NCBI RefSeq assembly: GCF_001194135.2
Contig: NC_068982.1
Coordinates: 88,703,965-88,740,051 of the forward strand
Direction: 5' to 3'
DNA: 36,087 nucleotides
DNA from: Octopus bimaculoides
Taxonomy: Eukaryota
Part shown: one piece after another, positions 21,858-36,087 of the stretch
Layout of the letters: each line of letters starts with the position of its first letter
Position numbering within the stretch: position 1 is the first letter of the stretch
Position numbers and translations under genes: made by a program
The notes under the pieces: generated by a model
Databases searched by the model: none
What the model was told of the DNA's origin: nothing
The model's input: only the letters and a program-made list of their open reading frames with translations

Positions 21858-23879
21858 ATGTTGGAGATCAATAAGAGATAGTAATAGTTGAGAGAACTCA
21901 TAGTTGTTTGTTTAGATCAAACAACCGGCTTTGCTACACTTACAAAAACTAATTGAGATCAATATGACAAGGATATATAGATAATGTAGTTGCAATGTTC
22001 TTCTTATCATTTACTAGTTAGTATAAACATTCTTCTTCCAGATTTAATACCCACACTCAATACGAAGTATCATAGATTTCAAACAGATTATTCTTAATTT
22101 TAATATAAAAGCAGAGAGATCATTTTTATTTTAAAGGTGATTTTCTATTTTTAAATTGAACTTCGATTTTAATCTCACCTTTATGAATATGACATATGGC
22201 AGACTATTATATATGATTCATAAATATTCTCGGAATATTAACAGAAAAGATAGCAAACATGGAATACATTAGGAAATGTCATCACTACTTCAAACAAAAA
22301 AGAAGATAAAATAAAATAAAGAAATAAAATAGAAACAATGCATTATTCAAATGAAAAAAAAAACGTCTATGAGCTCGACGAAAGCTGTTTCAATAGTAGT
22401 GCTTCAGTTATGTTTCTCGTATGAGATTACATGACTGAAATACATCTGAAGTAGACATACTAAAACACGGTCTGCAGAAATCCGGATTTAATAAAAAGAA
22501 AGTGATAGTATATTCGGCTGAAGGAAAATAATTCAAAGAAACATTAAGCCATCCCACAGAAGTCCGGGTTTAATAAAAAAAAACATTAAGCAATCGAAGA
22601 GAATTCTAATTACTCTCGCTGAATGATCCTCGCAAATTTCCAAGTTATTCGTTTATGCTTTACTTATGTAAATTCTTTGGAAATATTAAAAATGCATTCG
22701 CCTCTCCGTGATCATCTATTGAAACATCTATCACATATATTTATAGACTGAGAATAGTATACAGATTTTGAACTGGATATCAATATAAAATGGACACAAA
22801 AATATATATAACATATGATGCTTTTATAATCACATATTTTTTTGTAGGTAAATTTGTTTCACAGTAGCAGATTTGCATATATTCTATGAGGAAGAATTTG
22901 TACGAAGAGGAAGTTATAATATATATATATATGTGTGTGTGGGTATATATATATATANNNNNNNNNNNNNNNNNNNNNNNNNNNNNNNNNNNNNNNNNNN
23001 NNNNNNNNNNNNNNNNNNNNNNNNNNNNNNNNNNNNNNNNNNNNNNNNNNNNNNNNNNNNNNNNNNNNNNNNNNNNNNNNNNNNNNNNNNNNNNNNNNNN
23101 NNNNNNNNNNNNNNNNNNNNNNNNNNNNNNNNNNNNNNNNNNNNNNNNNNNNNNNNNNNNNNNNNNNNNNNNNNNNNNNNNNNNNNNNNNNNNNNNNNNN
23201 NNNNNNNNNNNNNNNNNNNNNNNNNNNNNNNNNNNNNNNNNNNNNNNNNNNNNNNNNNNNNNNNNNNNNNNNNNNNNNNNNNNNNNNNNNNNNNNNNNNN
23301 NNNNNNNNNNNNNNNNNNNNNNNNNNNNNNNNNNNNNNNNNNNNNNNNNNNNNNNNNNNNNNNNNNNNNNNNNNNNNNNNNNNNNNNNNNNNNNNNNNNN
23401 NNNNNNNNNNNNNNNNNNNNNNNNNNNNNNNNNNNNNNNNNNNNNNNNNNNNNNNNNNNNNNNNNNNNNNNNNNNNNNNNNNNNNNNNNNNNNNNNNNNN
23501 NNNNNNNNNNNNNNNNNNNNNNNNNNNNNNNNNNNNNNNNNNNNNNNNNNNNNNNNNNNNNNNNNNNNNNNNNNNNNNNNNNNNNNNNNNNNNNNNNNNN
23601 NNNNNNNNNNNNNNNNNNNNNNNNNNNNNNNNNNNNNNNNNNNNNNNNNNNNNNNNNNNNNNNNNNNNNNNNNNNNNNNNNNNNNNNNNNNNNNNNNNNN
23701 NNNNNNNNNNNNNNNNNNNNNNNNNNNNNNNNNNNNNNNNNNNNNNNNNNNNNNNNNNNNNNNNNNNNNNNNNNNNNNNNNNNNNNNNNNNNNNNNNNNN
23801 NNNNNNNNNNNNNNNTATATATATATATATATATATTGCAGGTATGCCATTATTCTTTTAAAACGTTACAGACCAAAAC

Positions 23880-24055
23880 GGCGGTGGATTGATAGAAAAG
23901 TCAGAGAGCCGGAGAAGTACCTCGGAGTATTTGTTCCGGCTCTCTACGTTATGAGTCCAGATCAGGCTGAGATCAATTTCACCTTTCATTTTCCTGGCCT
24001 CATGAAGTACACCCATTGATGATCGTATCATCTAACCCACTTCCCTCAAAATTTC
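23880..24055 (+). mobile_element. SINE family B, old copy
   Basis: ggcggtggattgatagaa...ctacgttatgagtcc...tcacctttcatt...acttccctcaaaattt. Confidence 0.65.
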
Positions 24056-24412
24056 TCTAAGTGTATTTCACTTTAAAACGATATTTTAGATATAATAACT
24101 GATAAGAATATTTGAGAGAACACAATTATAGCCGCTGTTATTCACCGACATATCAAACAGCCACAAGAAGGATTCATTTGGTACTGTGGGTAAAATATTC
24201 GTTCTGTCCTTTACTTGTTAGCATAAATAATCTTCCAGATTAGTAAAGAATTTGGCTTTGGTATCACATACCTTTGTGTTCGGAACAACAGAATAATATC
24301 TTTCGCCAGCGTCTTCTACCAAAGCTTTAGCTTGACAAGTAACATCTCAGTGGAATTTGAAGAGATATGCAGTATTGTCAATATAATTGGCAGTGTTTCC
24401 TTTTCACCTTCT

Positions 24413-24439
24413 CTCCCTCTCTCTCTCTCTCTCTCTCTT

Positions 24440-24475
<36 letters not shown>
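24413..24475. repeat. (CT)n microsatellite
   Basis: Direct reading. Confidence 0.95.
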
Positions 24476-24478
<3 letters not shown>

Positions 24479-24912
24479 CCTAGACATGCGCGTCAGAACT
24501 AGTTAGTTGATATGAACATATAAATGTATCTGTATTTCGTTTCAGTGTTAACTGCTCACTGAGTAGAAATACGCATTATAAATTTAACTGTCCTTGTGTG
24601 AATTATAATTAATATATCAATATATATGCATATGTATGCGTGTGTGTGTGTATGTGTGTGCGCGAGAGTTATTTTTTGCTTATTACATGATAAAGAGGAA
24701 TAAATATACAATTACTACATTAAATATAATATACTACAAGCAATTAACATTAAGATTAAATATTTATCACCCTAGTACCTACTATTGTGTACAAACTTAC
24801 ATATATAAATAGATACGTATAATATATGTATATATANNNNNNNNNNATATACACTAGTAGAGATACCATGCGTTGCTCGGGTTTAAATTGTCATAGTTTT
24901 GTATTGTTTTAA

Positions 24913-25110
24913 TTGTTTTGGTCATGTGACTGGGGCCATGTTAGAGCAGCGCCTATGGATGAAGAAATCGAACCCGAAATTTATTCTTTGTAAGTATAGT
25001 ACTCATTCTATCGGTGTGTTTCGCCAAACAGCTAAGTTACGGTGACATAAACACAGCAACATCGGTTGTCAAGTGGTACAAAGACAGACACGCGCGCGTA
25101 CACACACATA
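24913..25110 (-). mobile_element. SINE family A, 3' half (older copy)
   Basis: Reverse complement aligns to 27960-28145 (tgacaaccgatg...gtaacttagc...tttcgggttcgatttc...ggcgctgctctaacatggccc). Confidence 0.8.
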
Positions 25111-25184
25111 CATATATATATACATGCATATGTATATACATACACATATATGTATATACGTATATAAATATATATATATATATA

Positions 25185-25399
25185 CTCTTTTACTCTTTTA
25201 CTTGTTTCAGTCTTTTCACTGCGGCCATACTGTGGCACCGCCTTTAGTCGAGCAAATCGACCCCAGGACTTATTCTTCGTAAGCCTAGTACTTATTCTAT
25301 TGGCTTTTTTGCCGAACTGCTAAGTTATGGAGACGTGAACACACCAGCATCAGTTGTCAACCGATGTTGGCGGGGACAAACACAGACACACAAACATAC

Positions 25400-25486
<87 letters not shown>

Positions 25487-25633
25487 TATGTACGATGGGA
25501 TTCTTTCAGTTTCCATCTGCCAAACCCACTCACAAGGCTTTGATCGACCCGAAGCTATAGTAGAAAACACTCGCTCAAGTTGCCACGCAGTGGGACTGAA
25601 CCCGGAACCATGTCGCTTGTAAGCTAGCTACTT
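25185..25633 (-). mobile_element. SINE family A, near full length, with central (TA)~41
   Basis: Colinear with 27756-28165; lacks the first ~20 nt of the head. Confidence 0.92.
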
Positions 25634-26129
25634 TATTTCATTATATTGGCTATGAAAGCCGTGCAGAGATTGAGTAACTGCGGGCTGGATAAAGACATTA
25701 ATGAGATGAGATGAATGATGAACACGGTGATATTAATGAGAGAAAGCAGAAGTCGCCCGCCGAACTCTGATTCTCTTAAACATTGTTCTTTTATCAATTT
25801 ATACATTTGAGGCAATAAACCTCTTATAATTTCTTATTGGACTCAGGGTCCTTACAACGTGGGACTAAGCATCTTACTACAAATATACGAGCCAACAAAC
25901 CTCTTACAGCTATTCATTGATACAATCGCAACCCCAATCCCTGCCTCCGAATGTTTCTGTTTAGAAAGTAAAATATTGGAGAACCTGAGAAGGTCATTAC
26001 TGGCATTTATCCACAGTGATTTAAAGAAACAGTTACGTAAAATATAATTCATTTTAATGACATACATTTCTGTTAGGAGATGTCTTTTCTTACACACAAA
26101 CTTTGCTTCGCTTGAATGAAGTGGGAGTA

Positions 26130-26550
26130 AAATATGTCAGCAAAGAGGACTTTGTGGAAGTTTTGCGACAGTTGAGGAAGAGATTTCCGCGCAAAAAAAC
26201 TAGGGCACCTAAACCAGGACTATACGCTAGTCCACAATTTCATCCTGGTTGCCATCTACTTGACAGAGATGAGCACCAGAACACTCTCTTCCCCTCCCTA
26301 ATCTCGAGACCATGCTCCTTGTGGTTTTAATTGTTTTCCCAGCTGAAAGAGGGAATGAAGAAGTTTATGTCAAGTGCCCTGAGTGCATCTTCACTTTGGA
26401 GGATTTCTGTAGGGCCTTCATGAAATGGCTGGAGTACTACGAGTCTAAGTGCAAGAAGATCCTACTATGAAGGAGATCGGAGTTTTGTACTTCTTAGAAA
26501 CTAATAAATGTCCTGACTGAAAAAATTTCAAATTTCTGGAATTCACCTTC
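26130..26550 (+). mobile_element. Mariner transposase C-terminal relic with a degraded right end
   Basis: VSKEDFVEVLRQLRKRFPRK, VHNFILVAIYLTEMSTRTLSSPP*SRDHAPCGF (PYSPDLAPCDF-like) and EDFCRAFMKWLEYY. Confidence 0.8.
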
Positions 26551-27755
26551 CATGTGATGAATTGTTACTATTTCCCTCCATATTTATTCAATAACAATGA
26601 AATCAGTAGAAATAAAGATGAAAGCACACTTTTGCCAATAAAGTTATACAGGGCATTTATGTATAACTGCTTCCATAATATATAATTGCATATGACATTA
26701 ACATTGCTTGTCATAAATGTTACACATGGTGCATGCATTTTTTTGGCATGTGGCCTCAGAATACTACTCTGTTTTTGAAATAATCAATATATTCTGGGAC
26801 CATTGTTAAGTTGAGCATCATTAAAGAGAAAATATAAAGGCCCTGCAGAACTAACTTCCCAGTTCCTTATCTTATCACCTCGATAAAATGATACTGAGTC
26901 TTACCTGACATGTTAATACTCGAATCAGAGTCAACAAATTGCCATGTTAAAAGCGCAGCATTGCAACTGCTTTATCATGAGATCAGCTGCGTTATGGATT
27001 AATCAGCAGTCAGACATCACGTGATAGATCATTTTAGGAGCTTCCAGAATATTATCCTAACAAGGCCGATAAATAAGCAGACTCTGAGAGCGAAATGACC
27101 TTCCAGTCCTGCCCTGCATATCGTACAGAAATTGGTCGATTCATTTTGCAAAACATCTTTTGTCATAGTGTGTGACAACCCGCAGCTAAGTTCCACATAC
27201 ACTCTTGCTGTTCGTATCACTCTCTTACTCGACCTTGATATGCCGTTATACTTGGCCGATATTAATCCTTTGTGTCAATCCATTACGGCCATTCTAATTG
27301 ACTAATGAGTACATTATATTAATTCCAAAGAAACTGTTCTCTTCAGATGGATACTTTGCAATGAAGGATATTCCAAATAATTTAGCATAGTTTAAAGTGT
27401 TTTTAAATCCCAAAGCCAATATTTTCAACACTCTGCTGTTATTTCAGTTGAGAGAATGAATTTACCAAGGGGTATTTTTAAAAAGTTAGTTTAATAGTGT
27501 ATTTTTACGAGGGGAATCAATAAGCCACTTCCGTTGATCTAATTATTCCCACTTCTAACAATAGAGGATGACGTGGCTACGTTTGTTAGTGATATCTATA
27601 AAGGAAATCTTTATTGTCCACTAGTAAATGTTAATGGAATAATTTGTGGCGAACCCAATCTACTAAGGTACCAAGGTCCTTTAAGATGGAACCAATTCAC
27701 AAACTCTACAACTATTGAAGCAATGGTGAGCGAAGTAGAGGAAAAAGTGGCTATA

Positions 27756-28165
27756 GGCGTAGGAGTGGCTGTGTGGTAAGTAGCTTGCTTACCAACCACA
27801 TAGTACCGGGTTCAGTCCCACTGCGTGGCATCTTGGGCAAGTGTCTTCTACTATAGCCTCGGGCCGACCAAAGCCTTGTGAGCGGATTTGGTAGACGGAA
27901 ACTGAAAGAAGCCTGTCGTATATATGTATATATATATGTATGTGTGTATGTGTTTGTATGTCTGTGTTTGTCCCCCCAACATCGCTTGACAACCGATGCT
28001 GGTGTGTTTATGTCCCCGTAACTTAGCGGTTCGGCAAAAGAGACCGATAGAATAAGTACTAGGCTTCCAAAGAATAAGTCCTGGGGTCGATTTGCTCGAC
28101 TAAAGGCGGTGCTCCAGCATGGCCACAGTCAAAAGACTGAAACAAGTAAAAGAGTAAAAGAGTAA
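27756..28165 (+). mobile_element. SINE family A, full length (tRNA-derived head, central microsatellite, GTAAAAGA tail)
   Basis: A-box-like tggctgtgtggtaag; B-box-like ggttcagtccc; mixed TA/TG tract at about 27919-27970; tail gactgaaacaagtaaaagagtaaaagagtaa. No clear TSD. Confidence 0.92.
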
Positions 28166-28764
28166 CCGTTACTAATTACCATAATACTGAAAGAGAAAAA
28201 AAACTAAACGATAAAAGATTTATATGCATATGTATGTATGTGTGTGTGTACATATATATATACTCACACACCATTGCACTGACTGTTTTACTATATTTTT
28301 CTATTGTGCTTATAACTACTTCTATAATTAGTCCCTTTTCATTCTCTCTCGCCGCTTCTCTCTTCCTTCCTCTCTCCTTCTCTGCCACTCTCCTTCATAT
28401 AATCATGTAAATGTTTTCTTCGATCTATTCTGTCTGTATTCATTCCCTTTTTCACTTACTCTGTAACGAAGTACACTTCCCCATTTCTCTCTCCCTTCAG
28501 CTATTCATTTTCCCCCTACCTTAAAAAAAATTTCATAACATGCAAAGACGAATTGTGTCTCGCATTCTTAAAACATAATTCGCCATTATTTACTATATGC
28601 AGCTTCGAAACAAATATTACATGTTTCACAACCATAACGAATATTCTACATCTGTAAATCTACTTAATGTTTATGACTGTTTTATGTTACCCTAAATTTT
28701 TCTTCTTTTGTTTGTTATTGCATTACATATTCAGTATTAGTATCAGAATAACTGAAAATCCCAA

Positions 28765-28765
28765 G

Positions 28766-28829
<64 letters not shown>

Positions 28830-28839
28830 TGTGTGTGTG
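28765..28839. repeat. (TG)n microsatellite
   Basis: Direct reading. Confidence 0.97.
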
Positions 28840-30769
28840 GTCCTATATATGTGTTGTTGTTTGCTGTGTATATGCCTGTATTTGGTTTTAAAAACTTGAA
28901 ATCTGTATCCAACATCTACATTAATCACAAATTTTCAAATTCATATCTCACGAATTTCTTTGAGCGAAATGTTCATAGATATACAAACACACGTCCCCAC
29001 ACGAAACACATACACAAATAAAAACACACAAACAAACACATATACATAAACAATGTTGATTCTAGTAATTCGAACCTCTCTTAATTTTGCTACATTTAAT
29101 AAGCTTCGCAACGCGGTTTGAAGGTCAACAAACTTATATAAGAGGGAATATATGTAATGGCCTCTGAATTTGACATGACGAAACAATAAGAGCTTCGATC
29201 GTATTTAATCAGAGAAGAAAACAGGCAATGATGATTTTTGGATCATAAACGTGTTATGAAATCAGTGACTCAACTAAGAAAGAATATATTCGAAGAATAC
29301 GTATAAAACAAATTGGAATAATCTTGAGAAATAGATTCACAGTTATAAAAATGGAGTTTCAATTGCTGCAAGCATTACATATGTAAAATGAATTTTCCGG
29401 TATAGTGTGAATACTATTTAAATGCAGATGTATTCATCATAATAAATGATGAAATAAAAAGAATAGAAATTTTCAAAACGTTATGATGACAAATAATTAA
29501 ATTAAGCTTGCAGAAATATACAAACAAAATTTAATTATCAGGAACTCAGAGGTAAAAACAAGAAATATTTAAAACAAGGCAATATACATTGACGGATTTA
29601 TAAAGAAAATAGATACTGAGCAATTTCATTCCACTTGAAATAATAATATTACAAGATGTACATCAGTAGATTCTGTAGTCATCCAGATCTATCCTTAATA
29701 TATATCTTCAATGCATTAGAGATCAGAATAAGCAATATATCATGCCTAAACGAAAAATGCAACAACTCTTTGTGAGATAGAGATTAGAGTTAAAAAACTG
29801 ATCGGTGAGACAACGGATAAAAACAATTACCATACACAATTCTTATTTTTATGATTATACTAATCAATATATATATNNNNNNNNNNNNNNNNNNNNNNNN
29901 NNNNNNNNNNNNNNNNNNNNNNNNNNNNNNNNNNNNNNNNNNNNNNNNNNNNNNNNNNNNNNNNNNNNNNNNNNNNNNNNNNNNNNNNNNNNNNNNNNNN
30001 NNNNNNNNNNNNNNNNNNNNNNNNNNNNNNNNNNNNNNNNNNNNNNNNNNNNNNNNNNNNNNNNNNNNNNNNNNNNNNNNNNNNNNNNNNNNNNNNNNNN
30101 NNNNNNNNNNNNNNNNNNNNNNNNNNNNNNNNNNNNNNNNNNNNNNNNNNNNNNNNNNNNNNNNNNNNNNNNNNNNNNNNNNNNNNNTAATGACAATAAA
30201 AAGAAATTAGAGAATGAGATTAGAGAAAAGTGTGAACACAAAAATACAGAAAATACATTTCCGAATGTAGCTTTAATAACATGGAACTTCCGTTTAAGAT
30301 TTTCTGAGGTGTATAAATCTCACCACTCAACTCGGATAGCCATTCGTTGTACTTAAAATATTCATAGAGGTATAGCAAGTAAGAAATTTACCTTGAGAGC
30401 TACTACAAACATGATATAGTATAAATAAAGTGAGTTGTTTCTCAATGCATGCAGTAGTGTGTAATATAACTCATTGATTACTGAGTTATCAGTGTATATA
30501 TACGATTATTAATTCGTTTTGAAAGATTCTTGATGTGAAATCGTGTATTGAAACAGATGTTGTATATCGGGATGGTCATTTTTCTTTTCTTTTTTTTGCC
30601 AAATAAACACACGCGCTATATTTTTTTCTTCGCTCGTCTATTACTGTTTTTATTTTCTTATTTTAACTTATCTCCATTGTTCGGAAATTTTTCGTCTCAC
30701 ATCTGTGAGCTCTTCAGCGACACTTTTGGTTTTAGTGTGTGCTCTTGCCCCATTTACTCAATTCTGTTT

Positions 30770-30840
30770 TTCTATGATATGTATCAGCATGTGTGCATGC
30801 GTTTGTGTCTTTGTTTGTTTGTTTGTTTGTGTGTGTGTGT

Positions 30841-30879
<39 letters not shown>

Positions 30880-30910
30880 TGCGTGTGTATGTGTGTGTCT
30901 GTGTGTATGT
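30770..30910. repeat. (TTTG)n/(TG)n compound microsatellite
   Basis: Direct reading. Confidence 0.9.
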
Positions 30911-31019
30911 CATAATTTTTAGCATCAGTGTGGCCTTACCCTCAACCCCATCATTTCATTCCATTGTGCTCCTGGTGTACTAAGATCCCAACCCCAAAAA
31001 TATTAAAAATAATATATAT

Positions 31020-33025
<2,006 letters not shown>

Positions 33026-33245
33026 GAATATACTTCAACACACGAACTCACACAAAGAATCTTGCAAACCAAATCCAAAATCGAAATATATATAGTACAT
33101 TTCCTGTATTCCTCAGTGTATGTGTGTACGCCCACGGCATTGTCATCGTGGTAGTAGTTGTTATTGCTGTTGTTACTGGCATCGTTGTCACGGCCGCTGC
33201 TGCTGTCGTTAATTGCGTTATTGACATTGGTATGGCCGTACATCA

Positions 33246-33345
33246 ATGCACTTACTTGTGATATAATACAGGTAAGTATCACAATATAGGCAAGTATACA
33301 TCAATACAGGTAAGTATCACAGGTAAGTATCACAGGTAAGTGCAT
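33246..33345. repeat. Short inverted repeat enclosing a 13-bp tandem array (CAGGTAAGTATCA)
   Basis: 33246-33263 and 33328-33345 are 17/18 complementary. CAGGTAAGTAT occurs at 33269, 33307 and 33320; CAGGTAAGT at 33333. Confidence 0.85.
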
Positions 33346-33432
33346 CAATCAATATCTATTGTGTGTATTACCTTGTATGTTTCTGTGTATTATTTACGAT
33401 TTTCCTCCTCTTACTTCCCATCCTTTCTGTCT

Positions 33433-33745
33433 TTAGTTATATGGTGTGATGTGGGGGTGAGTGTTACTGTTCCATTCATATTTTCTATTGAGGCTCGGTA
33501 GCCTCTGTGATCTAAGTATCAGGTCAGTTCCATGTGTCGATAGTACTTTAACCTCTATATTATTAATCGAGCCTCCATGCTCTGCATGAGCATGCTGGTA
33601 GAGCACTGACGAGCTTTTCCCTTCTTTGAGATCTCGCCAGTGTTCACCTATACTCTCTCCTATGCTGCGTGGAGTCTTTGCAATACAGATAGTTGTCATG
33701 TTTCTGCACCGTCCCTCAGTACATCGTAAGCTACATTCATAACTT
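33433..33745 (-). mobile_element. Penelope-like element, GIY-YIG endonuclease fragment
   Basis: NVAY...ICIAKTPRSIGESIGEHWRDLKEGKSSSVLYQHAHAEH...IEVKVLS...PSLNRKYEW resembles the YIG(E)T.R..ER..EH and C-terminal PSLN motifs. Confidence 0.75.
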
Positions 33746-33914
33746 TATAGTTAACCTATGGGTTTACCTTACATACAACACAACTGTATTCTGTACATGG
33801 GGTCTTATCAAAGGGATAGGTATAGCAGATTAGGGATTTTAAAGGGGCACTAAATCTCTCTACTACTTTAGATGTGCTAACTATCACATCTTTTTATAAA
33901 TACAACAATAACAG

Positions 33915-33997
33915 TGTATATATATATGTGTGTGTGTATGTGCGTGTGTGCGTGTGTGTGTATGTCTGTATGTATGTATGTATGTATGCATGTATGT
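33915..33997. repeat. (TA)/(TG)/(TATG)n compound microsatellite
   Basis: Direct reading. Confidence 0.9.
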
Positions 33998-35164
33998 AAG
34001 AGCAAAAAGGTGAATTCATATATGTAATTACAACATATTTTGTATATGAAGCTTAAAAATTACATATTTGCATAATGGCCTCAGCTGCGAGTATTTTCTA
34101 CTCATTTTAATTGTTTACATTCAGGTGCATAAGCGCAGAAGCATTAGTACAATACAAAGCCATTAACCTTTTGCCCAGCAGACCGACATTTTACCAAACT
34201 GACAAGATGAGAATTCCCTGCAGCCTACGCTTCCATGAAAAGCAAAGTGGGAGAAAAAACAATATTCTGAGATACATATTATCATTGAAGTGTCAATGTC
34301 TTATGTGGGAGGAATATATAAATATATTATGACATGAAATAATGAAAAATCCCAGAATCTGTTGACATTTATATGTATGATTGCCTTATTGCGAAAATGC
34401 TTTAGGAAAATAATTACGTTTTCAGAATAGCGATGTGTACAATGCACACCTAAATAGAAATATATACATGGACATGTATAGACATACGTATGTCCACAGT
34501 ATATAGGTGTATATACCTGCACGAAGACATGCGTGGCTGAGGAAATATATTACAGTAATTGCTTTTTTGGACTTTTCTGGAATACTAATTAGAAGGAATG
34601 GAACGCTTCAAATAGAAATGCTCCATGACTTTTCAAGATGTATTTTTTCTAGAGAAATGTTAACTAAAACACTTGTTTTACCGTGCTAAACGATAACTTG
34701 ACCTACGTGACTCAGCTCTTGTCTTAAGAGAATATTATACAACCTATCAATTCGGCTAACGAAAAACCTAAAACGAAGGCTGGATATCCCCATTTAGATA
34801 TTCCTATCTGTAGGCAGATTGTAATTGCCATTCGAGAGAAATCTCATTTAATCAATGAAAACCAATAGCACTGATATCGATATTTGTATAAGGTTAGCAT
34901 TTTGCTTGCGAAATACGAAAATAAAAACGTTTATCAGTAATTACATTGGTAACATGCACTGCAGTTCGATACGGCGGATTAAGACAATTGGGATATGAAA
35001 TATAAGAAAAGTGCAGCACAAAATTTAACAAGAAAATAGTTTGTTTTCAGCACGATTATTCACATATGATACGTGGCAATAAATGAATGTATTGGACTTG
35101 AAATTCATAGATACAGAATTCAGTGGCTAATATAGTGTGGATGCTAATAAATATAGTATTTATT

Positions 35165-35495
35165 CATGGATAAGTATTTAAGAGCTCGCTGCGCAACTGC
35201 ATGGTTTAGGGATTAGTTTTCATTGCTCGACGTCTTGGGCAAGTGTCTTCTACTATAGCTCCGGACCGACCACCGCTTTTACTGGACAGAAACTGTGTAA
35301 ACTTGTGATGTAAATGTATATGCATATATATATATATGTGTGCGTGTGTGCATGTGTGTGCGTATGCATGCGTGTGTGTATGCGTGCGTGTATCTTTGTG
35401 CCTGTATCTATGTATTTATATTTGTTCCATATTTTCTCCCCCTCCCCAACACTTGACAAGGGATCTTGACTTGTTTTCGTCCACGTAATCTGTGG
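35165..35495 (+). mobile_element. SINE family A, old diverged copy
   Basis: cttgggcaagtgtcttctactatagc...gaccgacc...cagaaactg, then a microsatellite, then cttgacaa...gtcc.cgtaa. A further head fragment lies at 35524-35570. Confidence 0.75.
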
Positions 35496-35924
35496 CCGAC
35501 TTAAAAATAAGTTTTCTACTTTCGGTCCCACTGTATAGCATTTGAGGGAAGTGTCTTCTTATATGGCAACAATTTTGTCGATAACTTTTCTGTGGAATTT
35601 GGCAGACAAAATCCCGACGTATACATACATGCATCAGCATGAACAGTCGCTAAACGCCAGAAATTATGACTTGCTACCATGTACCATCTTCCTCATAAAT
35701 GTTTTGGGTTTTTATGTGGTTACGATCAGACATAAATGACCTCTCGTCTCCCATCATCCGTGACCCAATGAACCATCGACCGTGGGACAGCTGGAGAGAG
35801 AAATGGCTGCAAAAGAACTAGGCTGTTACTCGTCGCAAATCAGTAGACTGCAGGAATGAGATAATGTCTCTTAAGGATGGAAAGCCCGTCCTTATGCTAC
35901 TGGCAGGAAACCCACCTGGCCATG

Positions 35925-35943
35925 CGTCTCTCTCTCTCTCTCA

Positions 35944-35999
<56 letters not shown>

Positions 36000-36012
36000 C
36001 TCTCCTTCTCTC
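35925..36012. repeat. (CT)n microsatellite
   Basis: Direct reading. Confidence 0.95.
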
Positions 36013-36087
36013 ACTGATTTTGCTAGAGAATGGTGAAACTATTTTTTGTTTTCTGAAAAAGCAACGGTTTGGACTTATATATATATA

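Noticed and set aside
22475-22590. Short direct repeat (cagaa.tccgg.tttaataaaaa twice, aaacattaagc twice)
   Set aside because: A small local duplication with no associated features.
23905-23953. Strong hairpin agagagccgga...tccggctctct
   Set aside because: It lies within the tRNA-derived head of a family B SINE.
27543-27755. 71-codon open frame (LFPLLTIEDDVATF...EEKVAI) ending at a SINE
   Set aside because: No recognisable motif, start context or splice evidence; the length is attainable by chance.
29280-30420. A-rich decayed coding-like sequence, vaguely like a PLE N-terminus (NNLEK*IHSYKN)
   Set aside because: Too degraded and split by a gap to assign.

Overview
AT-rich eukaryotic genomic DNA with several N gaps (5639-5823, 7394-7659, 20075-20439, 22958-23815, 29877-30187 and three short ones). 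I found no intact host protein-coding gene. The window is a layered transposon graveyard. The two tRNA-derived SINE families and the dense microsatellites look like an Octopus (cephalopod) genome; this is inference from recalled repeat types. Recognisable relics: three mariner (DD34D-type) pieces including a 217-bp MITE, a full-length maT/DD37D element with both TIRs, a Tc1-like element with DD36E spacing, three Penelope-like (PLE) fragments, a CR1/L2-like LINE, and a Ty3/Gypsy element (LTR, tRNA-Ser PBS, gag, protease, RT start) interrupted by a Tx1/L1 LINE whose 5' part is inverted. About 15 SINE copies are also present. The most unusual signals are a type I hammerhead ribozyme fold (13950-14037), a ~2-kb foldback palindrome (about 31020-33025), a tandem array of perfect U1 snRNA-complementary sites inside a small inverted repeat (33246-33345), and a decayed tRNA-like gene with a Pol III terminator (2871-2960). 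All translations and alignments were done by eye; family assignments rest on recalled motifs, not database searches.
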